A stretch of 64,000 bases of DNA from Candidatus Asgardarchaeum abyssi (lineage in GTDB: Archaea > Asgardarchaeota > Asgardarchaeia > Asgardarchaeales > Asgardarchaeaceae). How positions within the stretch are numbered: position 1 is the stretch's first letter; every line of letters begins with the position of its first letter. The stretch is from contig JBECUL010000006.1 of assembly GCA_040225955.1 (NCBI GenBank), positions 1-64,000 on the forward strand. The letters run 5' to 3'. This document shows, piece by piece, positions 9,845-18,185 of this stretch. The notes beneath the pieces were generated by a model, which worked only from the letters and a program-made list of their open reading frames with translations, was not told the DNA's origin and did no database searches. Both the position numbers and the translations under genes were made by a program.

Positions 9845-12031
9845 TTGTTGGTGAGGTCTTTGTTTTTCAAGAAAAAAGTGAGAAAGGACATCGATAAGAT
9901 TATTGGGGCGATTGAAAGCAAGAATCCTTCCGATGAATTAGAGGCCTCTTGGATAGTTTTAGATCTCATTAGAACCGAGAGATATAAGGAAGTTAAAAAG
10001 GAAGTCTTGTTTAAAGTCTTATCAAGAAGTTTATATGAAAGCAGCACTAAGGATTTAAAGAGAATAGTGATGTTTGCGATTTCAGAATTATTTGCTAACG
10101 ATTATTTCTCATTCGATCAAATATCTAATATTGCATTTCGAGCCTTTAGTGATGAGGACCCATATATTCGTCGTTCCTCAATGAAAATATTTCTTGAGGC
10201 AGTACAAAAACTGGCACTTCCAGTTTCCAAGATGAAAATTATTTTAGATAGGGCCTTACGTGATAATGATGCTATCGTAAGGAAAACCGCAATTGATTTG
10301 ATAGATTTTGTTATTTCTAATCCAGTTTATAGCTATTCTGATATACTAGAGTTGATAAAATGGAGTGTTTATGCGGACACAAAAATGTACGATGCTGCCC
10401 TCTCTTATGCTAAAGCCTTATTAGAACAATATATGGAGAACCCGGATGTCGTTCGCGAGGCTATTTTAGATTTACTTGATGACAAAAATAGTGATGTCAT
10501 AAAGATAGGAGAGGGGCTTCTTAATAGCTTAATTAAAACTGGCTATTTCAAAAGTCCATCTGATATTCTGCCATATTTAACTAAATCGTCGAGTATAAAC
10601 TTTCTGCTTTTTAGGGATTTGGTTGATTTATTAATTTCATTTGAAGATTTCAGTAAGGGGGACTTGTTGGATTTTGCTTATGAGTTAATAAATGACTCTG
10701 AAATTGAAAAAGTTAAGTCGGGTCTAATACTACTCTCAAATATTACAATGTTTGATTGGGTTCCCTCAGATTTGCTTGAGTTTTCAATCAATAAAGGACT
10801 TGAAGTGGCTGATACCAGAATTGAGACATTAAGATTAGTTGAGTCTTGCTTTTACAGCAAAAAAATCAAGAGAAGTGTGCTTTTTGAGAAGACCATAAGT
10901 TTACTTTCTTACTCTGATGAAAGTCTAAGGGAAGCAGTCATATATACGCTCACAAATATGGGGAAGACCGAACCTAAATATGCTCAACATATAATTGAAA
11001 CTGTCTATGAGTTATATAAAGAGGAAAAAATATCGAAATACCTTATGCTGCATACCCTTTTTGAATTAAGCTTGCAAGCCCCCCTCTTTGATGAGAAAAT
11101 TGTAATAAAGATAATTAAAGATCTTCTCAACGAAGAGTATGAGCCATATAGACGTGATGAGGTTGCTTCTAATATAGCGCTAATTGCCTGTCGGTTATCC
11201 GCAAAACCAGGATTTAATACAGAAACCATATATGACTTATTCGAAGGCGAAAAATTCACTGACAAGGAGTATGAATATACTGTTTTCAAAATTAATGTCT
11301 TGATTGAAATTGCAAGTTGTCTTATTGAGAGTGGCGTTTTCACACAACGTGATTTAGATAAACTTCTAAATGTTCTTCCAGAGAATGTAGTTGTTTCAGT
11401 TCTTCTTCCCCTTCTTGTAGAAAAAAGCGAAAAAGACGCAACTACTACAGAGAAATATATCTCCCTATTAAATAACGTAATTTTTGGAAGCAAAGATGAA
11501 CGAGCAAGAGAAAAAGCAGTAGATACTTTAATTAGAATGTATGAGAAAGAACTCGTAGATAAAAATAGAATGTTCTCCATAATATATTCTCTCATGGCTC
11601 AACAAAACTCTAAAGAGGTACCACGTCTCGGTTTACTCTTGCTTGAGAACATAATAGACAAAAATATGAAAAACATTCTATACTCCTTTGAAATAAAGAC
11701 ACTCATAGAGCTTGGCTTTAACAATGACTTCGTAGAGATAAAGAATCTAACAGAATACGTGTATAAGAAGTTCTTAGACTCCGAATTACTTCCTTTTGAA
11801 AAGAAAGTGAAAATAATAAATGACTGGATAATTGGTCGTTATACAATCTCAGTAAAGCGGGGTGTTGCAAGGATGTTAAAGCAAATATCTGCATACTCTC
11901 TCTATCATCTGATAATTAACGGCCACGCTTTTCCTATGGACGACTTAAAGGAATACATACAACTACTGGATAGTGAAAGGGATGCCTATATAAACTCGAT
12001 GATTAAAAAGATCAAAGAGCTTCTCACATAA
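9845..12031 (+). CDS. HEAT/ARM-repeat protein with adaptin-N-like segment
   Basis: Repeated D.D..VR..A motifs (DEDPYIRRSS, DNDAIVRKTA, SDESLREAV, KDERAREKAV); helical throughout. Confidence 0.7.
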   Translation: MLVRSLFFKKKVRKDIDKIIGAIESKNPSDELEASWIVLDLIRTERYKEVKKEVLFKVLSRSLYESSTKDLKRIVMFAISELFANDYFSFDQISNIAFRAFSDEDPYIRRSSMKIFLEAVQKLALPVSKMKIILDRALRDNDAIVRKTAIDLIDFVISNPVYSYSDILELIKWSVYADTKMYDAALSYAKALLEQYMENPDVVREAILDLLDDKNSDVIKIGEGLLNSLIKTGYFKSPSDILPYLTKSSSINFLLFRDLVDLLISFEDFSKGDLLDFAYELINDSEIEKVKSGLILLSNITMFDWVPSDLLEFSINKGLEVADTRIETLRLVESCFYSKKIKRSVLFEKTISLLSYSDESLREAVIYTLTNMGKTEPKYAQHIIETVYELYKEEKISKYLMLHTLFELSLQAPLFDEKIVIKIIKDLLNEEYEPYRRDEVASNIALIACRLSAKPGFNTETIYDLFEGEKFTDKEYEYTVFKINVLIEIASCLIESGVFTQRDLDKLLNVLPENVVVSVLLPLLVEKSEKDATTTEKYISLLNNVIFGSKDERAREKAVDTLIRMYEKELVDKNRMFSIIYSLMAQQNSKEVPRLGLLLLENIIDKNMKNILYSFEIKTLIELGFNNDFVEIKNLTEYVYKKFLDSELLPFEKKVKIINDWIIGRYTISVKRGVARMLKQISAYSLYHLIINGHAFPMDDLKEYIQLLDSERDAYINSMIKKIKELLT

Positions 12032-12090
12032 CGAATACCCCAAAATCTTTATTTATTTAACGTAAATTTTATCTTGGTTATAATAGCGAG

Positions 12091-12741
12091 TTGTGGGATA
12101 TGTCATTTAAGAGCCCACTAAAAAATCTAATTGAGATGATAGAAAACTTTTGCAGAACGCATCCTCAATTAAAGCCGTACTTGATATTCCAAAGTATCTA
12201 CGAAATAGGAAGCAAAAGTCGTATTGGTCGATATTCTCTCTCCAAAGAGATAGGTCTCAGTGAAAGCACTGCTAGAACCTTACTTAAATTCTTAAAGCGA
12301 GAAGGATTAATAATTTCGATTCCTAAGAGTGGGCATCGTCTGAGTAATGTTGGGCTCGAGATTTTTGAGCATCTTAAGAAATATATTGGTAGCGTTAAGG
12401 AAATTGAAGAACTTGAAGAATTCAGACCTGCAAAATATGCAATTGGAATTTTAATAAGGGGAGCATCTAAGTATATAAAAAAGGGATTAGAAGAGCGAGA
12501 TGATGCTGTTAGAGCTGGAGCTAAAGGAGCTACAATTATTGTGTATGAGAGAAACACATTCTCAGTACCATCTGTTTATCCTGAGTTGGTGGGGGAAGAA
12601 AAAAATATTTTAATAAAAATTTTTTCACCAAGCGATGGTGACGTAATAGCTATTGTTTTTGCAGACAATCGATCCTCTGTGAAACAAGCTGCGTTTGCTG
12701 TAGCCTATTATTTGCTGAAAAGAAAACTCGGAGTTAAATAG
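12091..12741 (+). CDS. DUF4443-type winged-helix DNA-binding protein
   Basis: IGRYSLSKEIGLSESTARTLLKFLKREGLI...G wHTH plus GLEERDDAVRAGAKGATII C-terminal motif. Confidence 0.75.
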   Translation: MWDMSFKSPLKNLIEMIENFCRTHPQLKPYLIFQSIYEIGSKSRIGRYSLSKEIGLSESTARTLLKFLKREGLIISIPKSGHRLSNVGLEIFEHLKKYIGSVKEIEELEEFRPAKYAIGILIRGASKYIKKGLEERDDAVRAGAKGATIIVYERNTFSVPSVYPELVGEEKNILIKIFSPSDGDVIAIVFADNRSSVKQAAFAVAYYLLKRKLGVK

Positions 12742-12772
12742 ATAAAAAATAGACAAAAAATTCAAATATATA

Positions 12773-12793
12773 ACTAGGATAACTTATCCTAGT
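12773..12793. promoter_or_regulatory. Perfect 21-bp palindromic operator ACTAGGATAA-C-TTATCCTAGT
   Basis: Directly downstream of TATA-like AAATATATAA and 8 bp before ATG 12802; identical arms at 13961-13981. Confidence 0.8.
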
Positions 12794-12801
12794 GATATGT
12801 A

Positions 12802-13407
12802 ATGTTCAGACTGCTTTCGAAAACGAGGTCCATAGAAGTTGCGGCAATTTCTGTCTTCACAGCTTTATCTATTGGTGGTGCTTACGCATTAGCTGTCATC
12901 CCAAATGTTGAATTGATGAGTTTATTTGTCTTCACAGCCGGATTCTTATTTGGAGTACACGTAGGAGCTGTCGTTGGTTTATTCTCCATGCTAATATATA
13001 CGATTTGGAACCCTTGGGGTTCTCCTATCATTGTAATTTCCATTGCTCAAATAATAGGCATGGTGACATTTGGAGTTGCAGGTGGAATTTATGGGAGGCG
13101 ATGGAACGATAAACACGATATAACATTCCTTAATATGCTGGAAATTGGAATTACAGCTGGATTTCTAACCCTCTTTTATGATTGTATCACAAATATAGCT
13201 TATGCTGCAGCTTTTGGCCTATTAGATGCGCTAATTATAGTTTTTATTATGGGATCCATTTTTATGATTGTTCACACGATTTCCAACATAGCATTCTTTA
13301 CAATTTTTATAGGACCGTTGGTGCGAATTGCAGATAATTTTGAAGAGTATTTGAGAAAGAGCGGTGACAAAGCTTTAGGTGATAGTTATGAAAATCGAAA
13401 ATCTTAG
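12802..13407 (+). CDS. ECF transporter S-component (CbrT-like, probable corrinoid uptake)
   Basis: IPNVE motif, GFLFG..VG, about 6 TMs, HTISN; coupled to a DUF4430 gene. Confidence 0.7.
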   Translation: MFRLLSKTRSIEVAAISVFTALSIGGAYALAVIPNVELMSLFVFTAGFLFGVHVGAVVGLFSMLIYTIWNPWGSPIIVISIAQIIGMVTFGVAGGIYGRRWNDKHDITFLNMLEIGITAGFLTLFYDCITNIAYAAAFGLLDALIIVFIMGSIFMIVHTISNIAFFTIFIGPLVRIADNFEEYLRKSGDKALGDSYENRKS

Positions 13408-13843
13408 AATATTATTAGCTGGGTTATTGCTGATTGTTATCATTTCAACATTAGCTTTTGTTTACTTGACATATAAACCATATCCATATACTAATGGGAA
13501 TATAGAGCAAAAACCAAATAGCGAAATCAAGCCAGCCTATAATTTAACTTTGATAATTGACTATGGTAACGGAACAATTGAGGTTCACTACAATCTGAAT
13601 CTTACAAATGTGCCTAATATAACAGCATTTCATATTCTATTCTTGGTAGCCACTGTAAATTATACCTGGTACGGAGATGATGTCTTTGTTGATGCAATAA
13701 ATGGTGTATGGAATAATGAGAATGACAATAACAGATGGTGGCAATATTGGGTTGATGACGAATTGCCGATGATTGCTGCAAACCATTACTACCTCAAGAA
13801 TAATAGTGTAGTGGCGTGGAGATACTGGACACCACAAGTATAG
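13379..13843 (+). CDS. Membrane-anchored DUF4430 (transcobalamin C-terminal-like) protein
   Basis: IDYGNG, FVDAINGV.N, WWQYWV.......AANHY motifs; N-terminal TM. Confidence 0.8.
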   Translation: MIVMKIENLRILLAGLLLIVIISTLAFVYLTYKPYPYTNGNIEQKPNSEIKPAYNLTLIIDYGNGTIEVHYNLNLTNVPNITAFHILFLVATVNYTWYGDDVFVDAINGVWNNENDNNRWWQYWVDDELPMIAANHYYLKNNSVVAWRYWTPQV

Positions 13844-13905
13844 ATGATAATTTGTTGCAAGTCTTTTATAATTCTAGTAAGGAGTTTTCTTTATTAGCAG
13901 ATATT

Positions 13906-13925
13906 AATTGCCTAAGGAGGCAATT
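13906..13925 (+). terminator. Hairpin AATTGCCT-AAGG-AGGCAATT followed by T-rich tract
   Basis: 8-bp perfect stem downstream of the DUF4430 gene. Confidence 0.4.
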
Positions 13926-13958
13926 TCTTTAATTTTTTGTAGATAGATTTTTATTTTA

Positions 13959-13983
13959 AAACTAGGATAATTTATCCTAGTTT
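13959..13983. promoter_or_regulatory. Second copy of the operator: AAACTAGGATAA-T-TTATCCTAGTTT
   Basis: Perfect 12-bp arms between a TATA-like TTTTATTTTAAA and RBS GAGGTGA of the next gene. Confidence 0.8.
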
Positions 13984-13986
13984 GAG

Positions 13987-14694
13987 GTGAAAAATATGAA
14001 ATGTCCCAAAAAAGTATCCGCGATTATAATCATGTTGATAACTTTAAGTTTGCTCACTCAACCTGTAGCTGTATTTGGCAATAATATAGAATGGGGCGTA
14101 AAAGAAGGTGATACGATCACATGGACTGTTGTCATAGCTCCGAATACTACATTTTGGTGGTGGGACCCAGTTACTGGTCTCGTAAAGGTTAAGGTGAACG
14201 AAGGGGACATAATGGAGTATAACATTACAAAAATAGACGATGATACACTATACGGTGATTTTAAGATAGGGAATCTAACAGTAGCGAATGTAACAACAGA
14301 TACTATTGGCATGAATCTCGTCTTTGGATTATGGCCATTTATCACAGGTCCTGTTGTTAAACCAGATTGGCAGAATATAACATCTAAGGCTGAGGACTGT
14401 AATGTTAAGACAATAGAAGAAAGTAACTTTGAATGGTATCTTGGGCTACCAAGAAATGTGATAACATTTGCGAATGAGACAGATAGCGGAGCATTTAGGC
14501 TTGTGTATGAGAAAAGTACAGGAGTTATGCTTTATGGCTATGGAAGATTTGGAAAATATGAATTGGGTGTGGAGATCAAGTCAACAACAGTATCTCTTGG
14601 TATTAGCGAAATCCTCTATATTGTCGTTGGTGTCCCAATAATTGTAATAATAGCTATAGTTATAGCAAGTATGTTTATTAAGAAAAAAGAATAA
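13987..14694 (+). CDS. Secreted/surface protein with signal peptide and C-terminal TM anchor
   Basis: N-terminal signal peptide, WGVKEGD motif, N-x-T sequons, C-terminal TM followed by KKKE. Confidence 0.75.
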   Translation: MKNMKCPKKVSAIIIMLITLSLLTQPVAVFGNNIEWGVKEGDTITWTVVIAPNTTFWWWDPVTGLVKVKVNEGDIMEYNITKIDDDTLYGDFKIGNLTVANVTTDTIGMNLVFGLWPFITGPVVKPDWQNITSKAEDCNVKTIEESNFEWYLGLPRNVITFANETDSGAFRLVYEKSTGVMLYGYGRFGKYELGVEIKSTTVSLGISEILYIVVGVPIIVIIAIVIASMFIKKKE

Positions 14695-15487
14695 CTCCTC
14701 TATTTTTTCTTAAAATAAGAAGAAGCGCAGGAGTTTTTTTATCATGTGAGAATACAGGACCAAAACTTTCTTTTTTTATAAAAGTAAACCCCACTTTTTC
14801 TAAAATTCCCATAAACTCTTCAAAATTTAGTCCAACTTGGGGTTCATAAAAGAGTATTCTTCCGTTTGGCTTTAAAACACGCCAATTTTCTCTTAAAAGC
14901 ACTTCCCATGATTTTCTATCAATATCATGAAACGCCCATACATATGTAACATAATCAAAATACCCATCTGGAAATGGTAGTTTCTTAGATGACCTAATAG
15001 AAACAAGTTTAAATCTATCACCCAGCTTATAAAGCTCTTTAAATTTCAAACCAACATTAATTCTCTGCTCATCAATGTCTACACCTATATAGGTACATTT
15101 CTTCTTATTTACTAATATAACTCCCAGATAGCCATAGCCGCATCCTATATCAAGTACTGTTGTCTTTTCCTTTATGTACTTACTAACGATAGCTTCACGT
15201 TCGCTTAGATAAATTATATGTGATTTAAAGTCATCTATATTACCGCCAAATCTTAACATACCACTAATAATCGCTAGAGAGCCATATAGAAAGCCAAAAT
15301 CACTTAAGAATTTATATAGCTCCTCATCAGTGTTAAAGATTTTCTTTGCAAGATTTATAAAATCTAAAGTTTTCTTCCTTAAGAAATTTGCCTCGCCCAT
15401 TCTTAAACCTCGTATAGTTGTAACTTTATGGGAAGTGGAATCTTCATAATTATTTAGGAGATATACTTCTTCATTACTATTATACAA
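14678..15487 (-). CDS. Class I SAM-dependent methyltransferase (likely start 15400)
   Basis: VLDIGCGYG, GVDID, LPFPDGYFD, RVLKPNG motifs. Confidence 0.88.
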   Translation of the reverse strand: MYNSNEEVYLLNNYEDSTSHKVTTIRGLRMGEANFLRKKTLDFINLAKKIFNTDEELYKFLSDFGFLYGSLAIISGMLRFGGNIDDFKSHIIYLSEREAIVSKYIKEKTTVLDIGCGYGYLGVILVNKKKCTYIGVDIDEQRINVGLKFKELYKLGDRFKLVSIRSSKKLPFPDGYFDYVTYVWAFHDIDRKSWEVLLRENWRVLKPNGRILFYEPQVGLNFEEFMGILEKVGFTFIKKESFGPVFSHDKKTPALLLILRKNRGVILFS

Positions 15488-15603
15488 TACTCTCTCTCAT
15501 AATTATAGTTTCCGATAGTGCTAATTTTGAGAAAATATAATAACATAACATAATAAATTCTAAATTGCACATTAGAGAGATAAAAAAGAAACAGGATGTG
15601 CTT

Positions 15604-15843
15604 TCAGAGTTCATAGATTTTTACTTTTCCCTGCTCATTGAAAACTTCGAACTCTTTATTGTCTATAACTATGTACGCTTTTACTTTTGCGTTTGTCAAT
15701 ATCTTAGACTTTACTATATCGGCAAAGAGTTCAAAAGCAGCACCAATAGTCCTAATATCCTCATCATAAAATTTAGTAACATCTTCTATTTTTATCTTCT
15801 CAGTATAAAATTCTCTATAAAGAGAGGAAAGAAAGGTTCTCAT
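15604..15843 (-). CDS. Small hypothetical protein (79 aa), probable homologue of 3209..3430
   Basis: RBS GGTGA then ATG at 15843 (the track uses GTG 15852); ungapped C-terminal alignment with the 3209 ORF. Confidence 0.7.
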   Translation of the reverse strand: MRTFLSSLYREFYTEKIKIEDVTKFYDEDIRTIGAAFELFADIVKSKILTNAKVKAYIVIDNKEFEVFNEQGKVKIYEL

Positions 15844-15863
15844 CTTTGTCACCTGTTAGTTAT

Positions 15864-16016
15864 TTACCCATCAATAGGAACTGGTATATCACCATTAGGT
15901 GGATCAGCAATGATTATTTGAAGGCCAAAATGCATGAGAATGGCATATAGTAGTAATAAACTCAATACCACAGCAAATTTGTGTTTTGCTATCCAACTTA
16001 AGATTTTCCAAATCAT
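15864..16016 (-). CDS. Small secreted peptide precursor, 50 aa (MIWKILSWIAKHKFAVVLSLLLLYAILMHFGLQIIIA-DPPNGDIPVPIDG)
   Basis: RBS GGTGA (complement of 16023-16027), ATG 16016, TAA 15864-15866; signal-peptide architecture and IA|D...PxPIxG shared with 3031..3186. Not in the ORF track. Confidence 0.8.
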   Translation of the reverse strand: MIWKILSWIAKHKFAVVLSLLLLYAILMHFGLQIIIADPPNGDIPVPIDG

Positions 16017-16179
16017 ACTTAGTCACCACTAGATATATATGGAGAAATCTTTTTTATTGCAAGAAAGATAAGCCTCAAGAGAGCTAATTTTTGATAATTA
16101 AAGAATAAGAAGGAGTATCCACGAGAATAAAATGCTTTTAATGAACATTTTTCAGAAATAAAAAAAGAGAGATTTTTGA

Positions 16180-17613
16180 ATGATAAAATTTATATCCAAT
16201 GATAGGAATATTTCTCCTAAAATGAAAGAGGGAGGAAAAATATCTCTTAGGGATTTATTAACTCCACCGATTAAAGATAAAGAGGTTATTGAATGGTACA
16301 AATTAATAGAGATTTATTTTAAAATCCTTAGTGGTGAGTCTGTGGAATATCCGAAGTTTAAATATGTTACTGTTAATCCAAAATATATTTTAAAAACAAA
16401 AGAGCAAGAGGAAAAGATAATACATAGATTAAGGCTAATAAAGAGGTATCGCCTCACAGATCCAATTGTGATAACAAAAATAATAAAATCCGCTTTTGAT
16501 ACTCCAAAGTATAAGTTAGACAGTGATGAACTCAAATTTTTAAAAACTTTATTAGGCAATCCTAATGATAAAATCAACAAAATTGCGAAAAAGGCGAAGA
16601 TACCAGTTAGTACTGCATATAGAATATATAAAAAGATGAAAAACGTAATTCTTCTGCGGAGATTTGGATATCCCGATCTATCTAGATTTAGACTTAAGCA
16701 TTTCGTAGTAGTTTTCAAGTTCTATGAGGATAAAATGAATCTTCTGAGACGAAAAATGCCACTAAATCCCTTTCTTTTCACTTTTAATGTAGATGCTATT
16801 AATGTCTATGATGGTAAGGCTTTTGGATGGGCTTCATTTAGAATACCTGATTCTAAAAAGGTATTGAGGGAGTTTAATGATTGGCTTGTCTCTTTCAAAA
16901 CGGAGCTTGGTGTGTTCCCGGACGAGGAGAGCTGGGAGGTTATTGAAGCAAAACGGTTTATTTTTTCAGCCAATATCGATTTTTATGACGGAGAAAAATG
17001 GGTGTTTGATGAGACTCTTATGAGTGTGGGTCTCTTAAAATTTGTAGAAAAATTTGACATTTATATAAATAAACCAATAATAAATATTGAATTCAACAGT
17101 AAACCGATAAGATTTGATAAAATAGATTTAATTCTTCTTGAGTTGCTTCAGAAAGACTATTTCTATAAGTTGTCTTCTGCATGTAATATCTTAGAAAAAG
17201 AAGGCTATATAAGAAGCGAAAAAAACATATCTAGGCGTTTTGAAAGGCTGAGAAACTATGTTAAGCCAGGTGTTGTTTTTGCAGGACTTAATCTAGCGGA
17301 CTCACTAAACCTCTTCATATCAACATCAGACAAAGGAACACGTGATCTTATTCATAAATTCTTGCTATACTTGCCTATTGTATATATAGTTGAGTCTAAT
17401 AGCGATATGATTATCTACATTCAGCTACCGAAAGGCACGGCCATAAAATTTCTCTACCAATTTAATGAACTGAAAAACATGGTTAATGAGTTTTTAGGCA
17501 TTGTTGTCGCATATAGTCATGGCGCAAAGATAAGAGTTAAGCTTCACGAGTTTTGGGATGAGAAAAAGCAAAGATGGATAATACCTGATGGAATAATGCA
17601 CGGAATGTATTAA
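16180..17613 (+). CDS. Transcriptional regulator with two wHTH/Lrp-AsnC-like modules (paralogue of 1424..2788)
   Basis: NPNDKINKIAKKAKIPVSTAYRIY HTH; second DKIDLILLELLQ...GYIRSEKNISRRF; shared blocks with 1424..2788. Start uncertain. Confidence 0.72.
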   Translation: MIKFISNDRNISPKMKEGGKISLRDLLTPPIKDKEVIEWYKLIEIYFKILSGESVEYPKFKYVTVNPKYILKTKEQEEKIIHRLRLIKRYRLTDPIVITKIIKSAFDTPKYKLDSDELKFLKTLLGNPNDKINKIAKKAKIPVSTAYRIYKKMKNVILLRRFGYPDLSRFRLKHFVVVFKFYEDKMNLLRRKMPLNPFLFTFNVDAINVYDGKAFGWASFRIPDSKKVLREFNDWLVSFKTELGVFPDEESWEVIEAKRFIFSANIDFYDGEKWVFDETLMSVGLLKFVEKFDIYINKPIINIEFNSKPIRFDKIDLILLELLQKDYFYKLSSACNILEKEGYIRSEKNISRRFERLRNYVKPGVVFAGLNLADSLNLFISTSDKGTRDLIHKFLLYLPIVYIVESNSDMIIYIQLPKGTAIKFLYQFNELKNMVNEFLGIVVAYSHGAKIRVKLHEFWDEKKQRWIIPDGIMHGMY

Positions 17614-17676
17614 TATGTTAGAAAAGTTCAAAAACACATTGACATATTAAATATTGATCTCTATTGAGCCAACTCC

Positions 17677-18165
17677 ATGGGGGTATACCTTGTGGTATTG
17701 CTTCCATGGAGAATGGTTAAAACTTGGGAGTGCTTAATGTGTGGTGTTTGCTGTGAGAAATTTGTTGTTCCTTTAACCCAAGAAGAAGTAATAAGGCTTA
17801 CTATGAAATATGGTCCTTTTGTTGTTTATAAAGGTAGCAGAAGACCTACACTTATGAGAATAAATGGACGATGTGTTTTCTTAAAGAATGGAAAATGTTC
17901 AATTCAAGAAGATAAACCAAAGGCTTGTAAATTATGGCCTTTCCATGTTTATGACAAACCATTAAGAATAGAAGATAGGAATCTTGCAGATTATGAGTTT
18001 CTTGGTGAGACCTACTATATATACTTGGACTCAGATTGCTATGGAATAAACCAAGGTAGTACCCCAGTAGAAAGCATACTGCCGGAGGTTATGAGCATAA
18101 AATTAGGACTATTAAAGGACCAAATATTAACTACTGGAAGACAAAAAATAAGAGTATTGCCTTAA
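17677..18165 (+). CDS. YkgJ-family cysteine-cluster (CxxCxxCC) protein
   Basis: CLMCGVCC, CVFL, CSI..KP..CKLWPF. Confidence 0.85.
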   Translation: MGVYLVVLLPWRMVKTWECLMCGVCCEKFVVPLTQEEVIRLTMKYGPFVVYKGSRRPTLMRINGRCVFLKNGKCSIQEDKPKACKLWPFHVYDKPLRIEDRNLADYEFLGETYYIYLDSDCYGINQGSTPVESILPEVMSIKLGLLKDQILTTGRQKIRVLP

Positions 18166-18185
18166 GAGCAAATATTTGAGATTTA

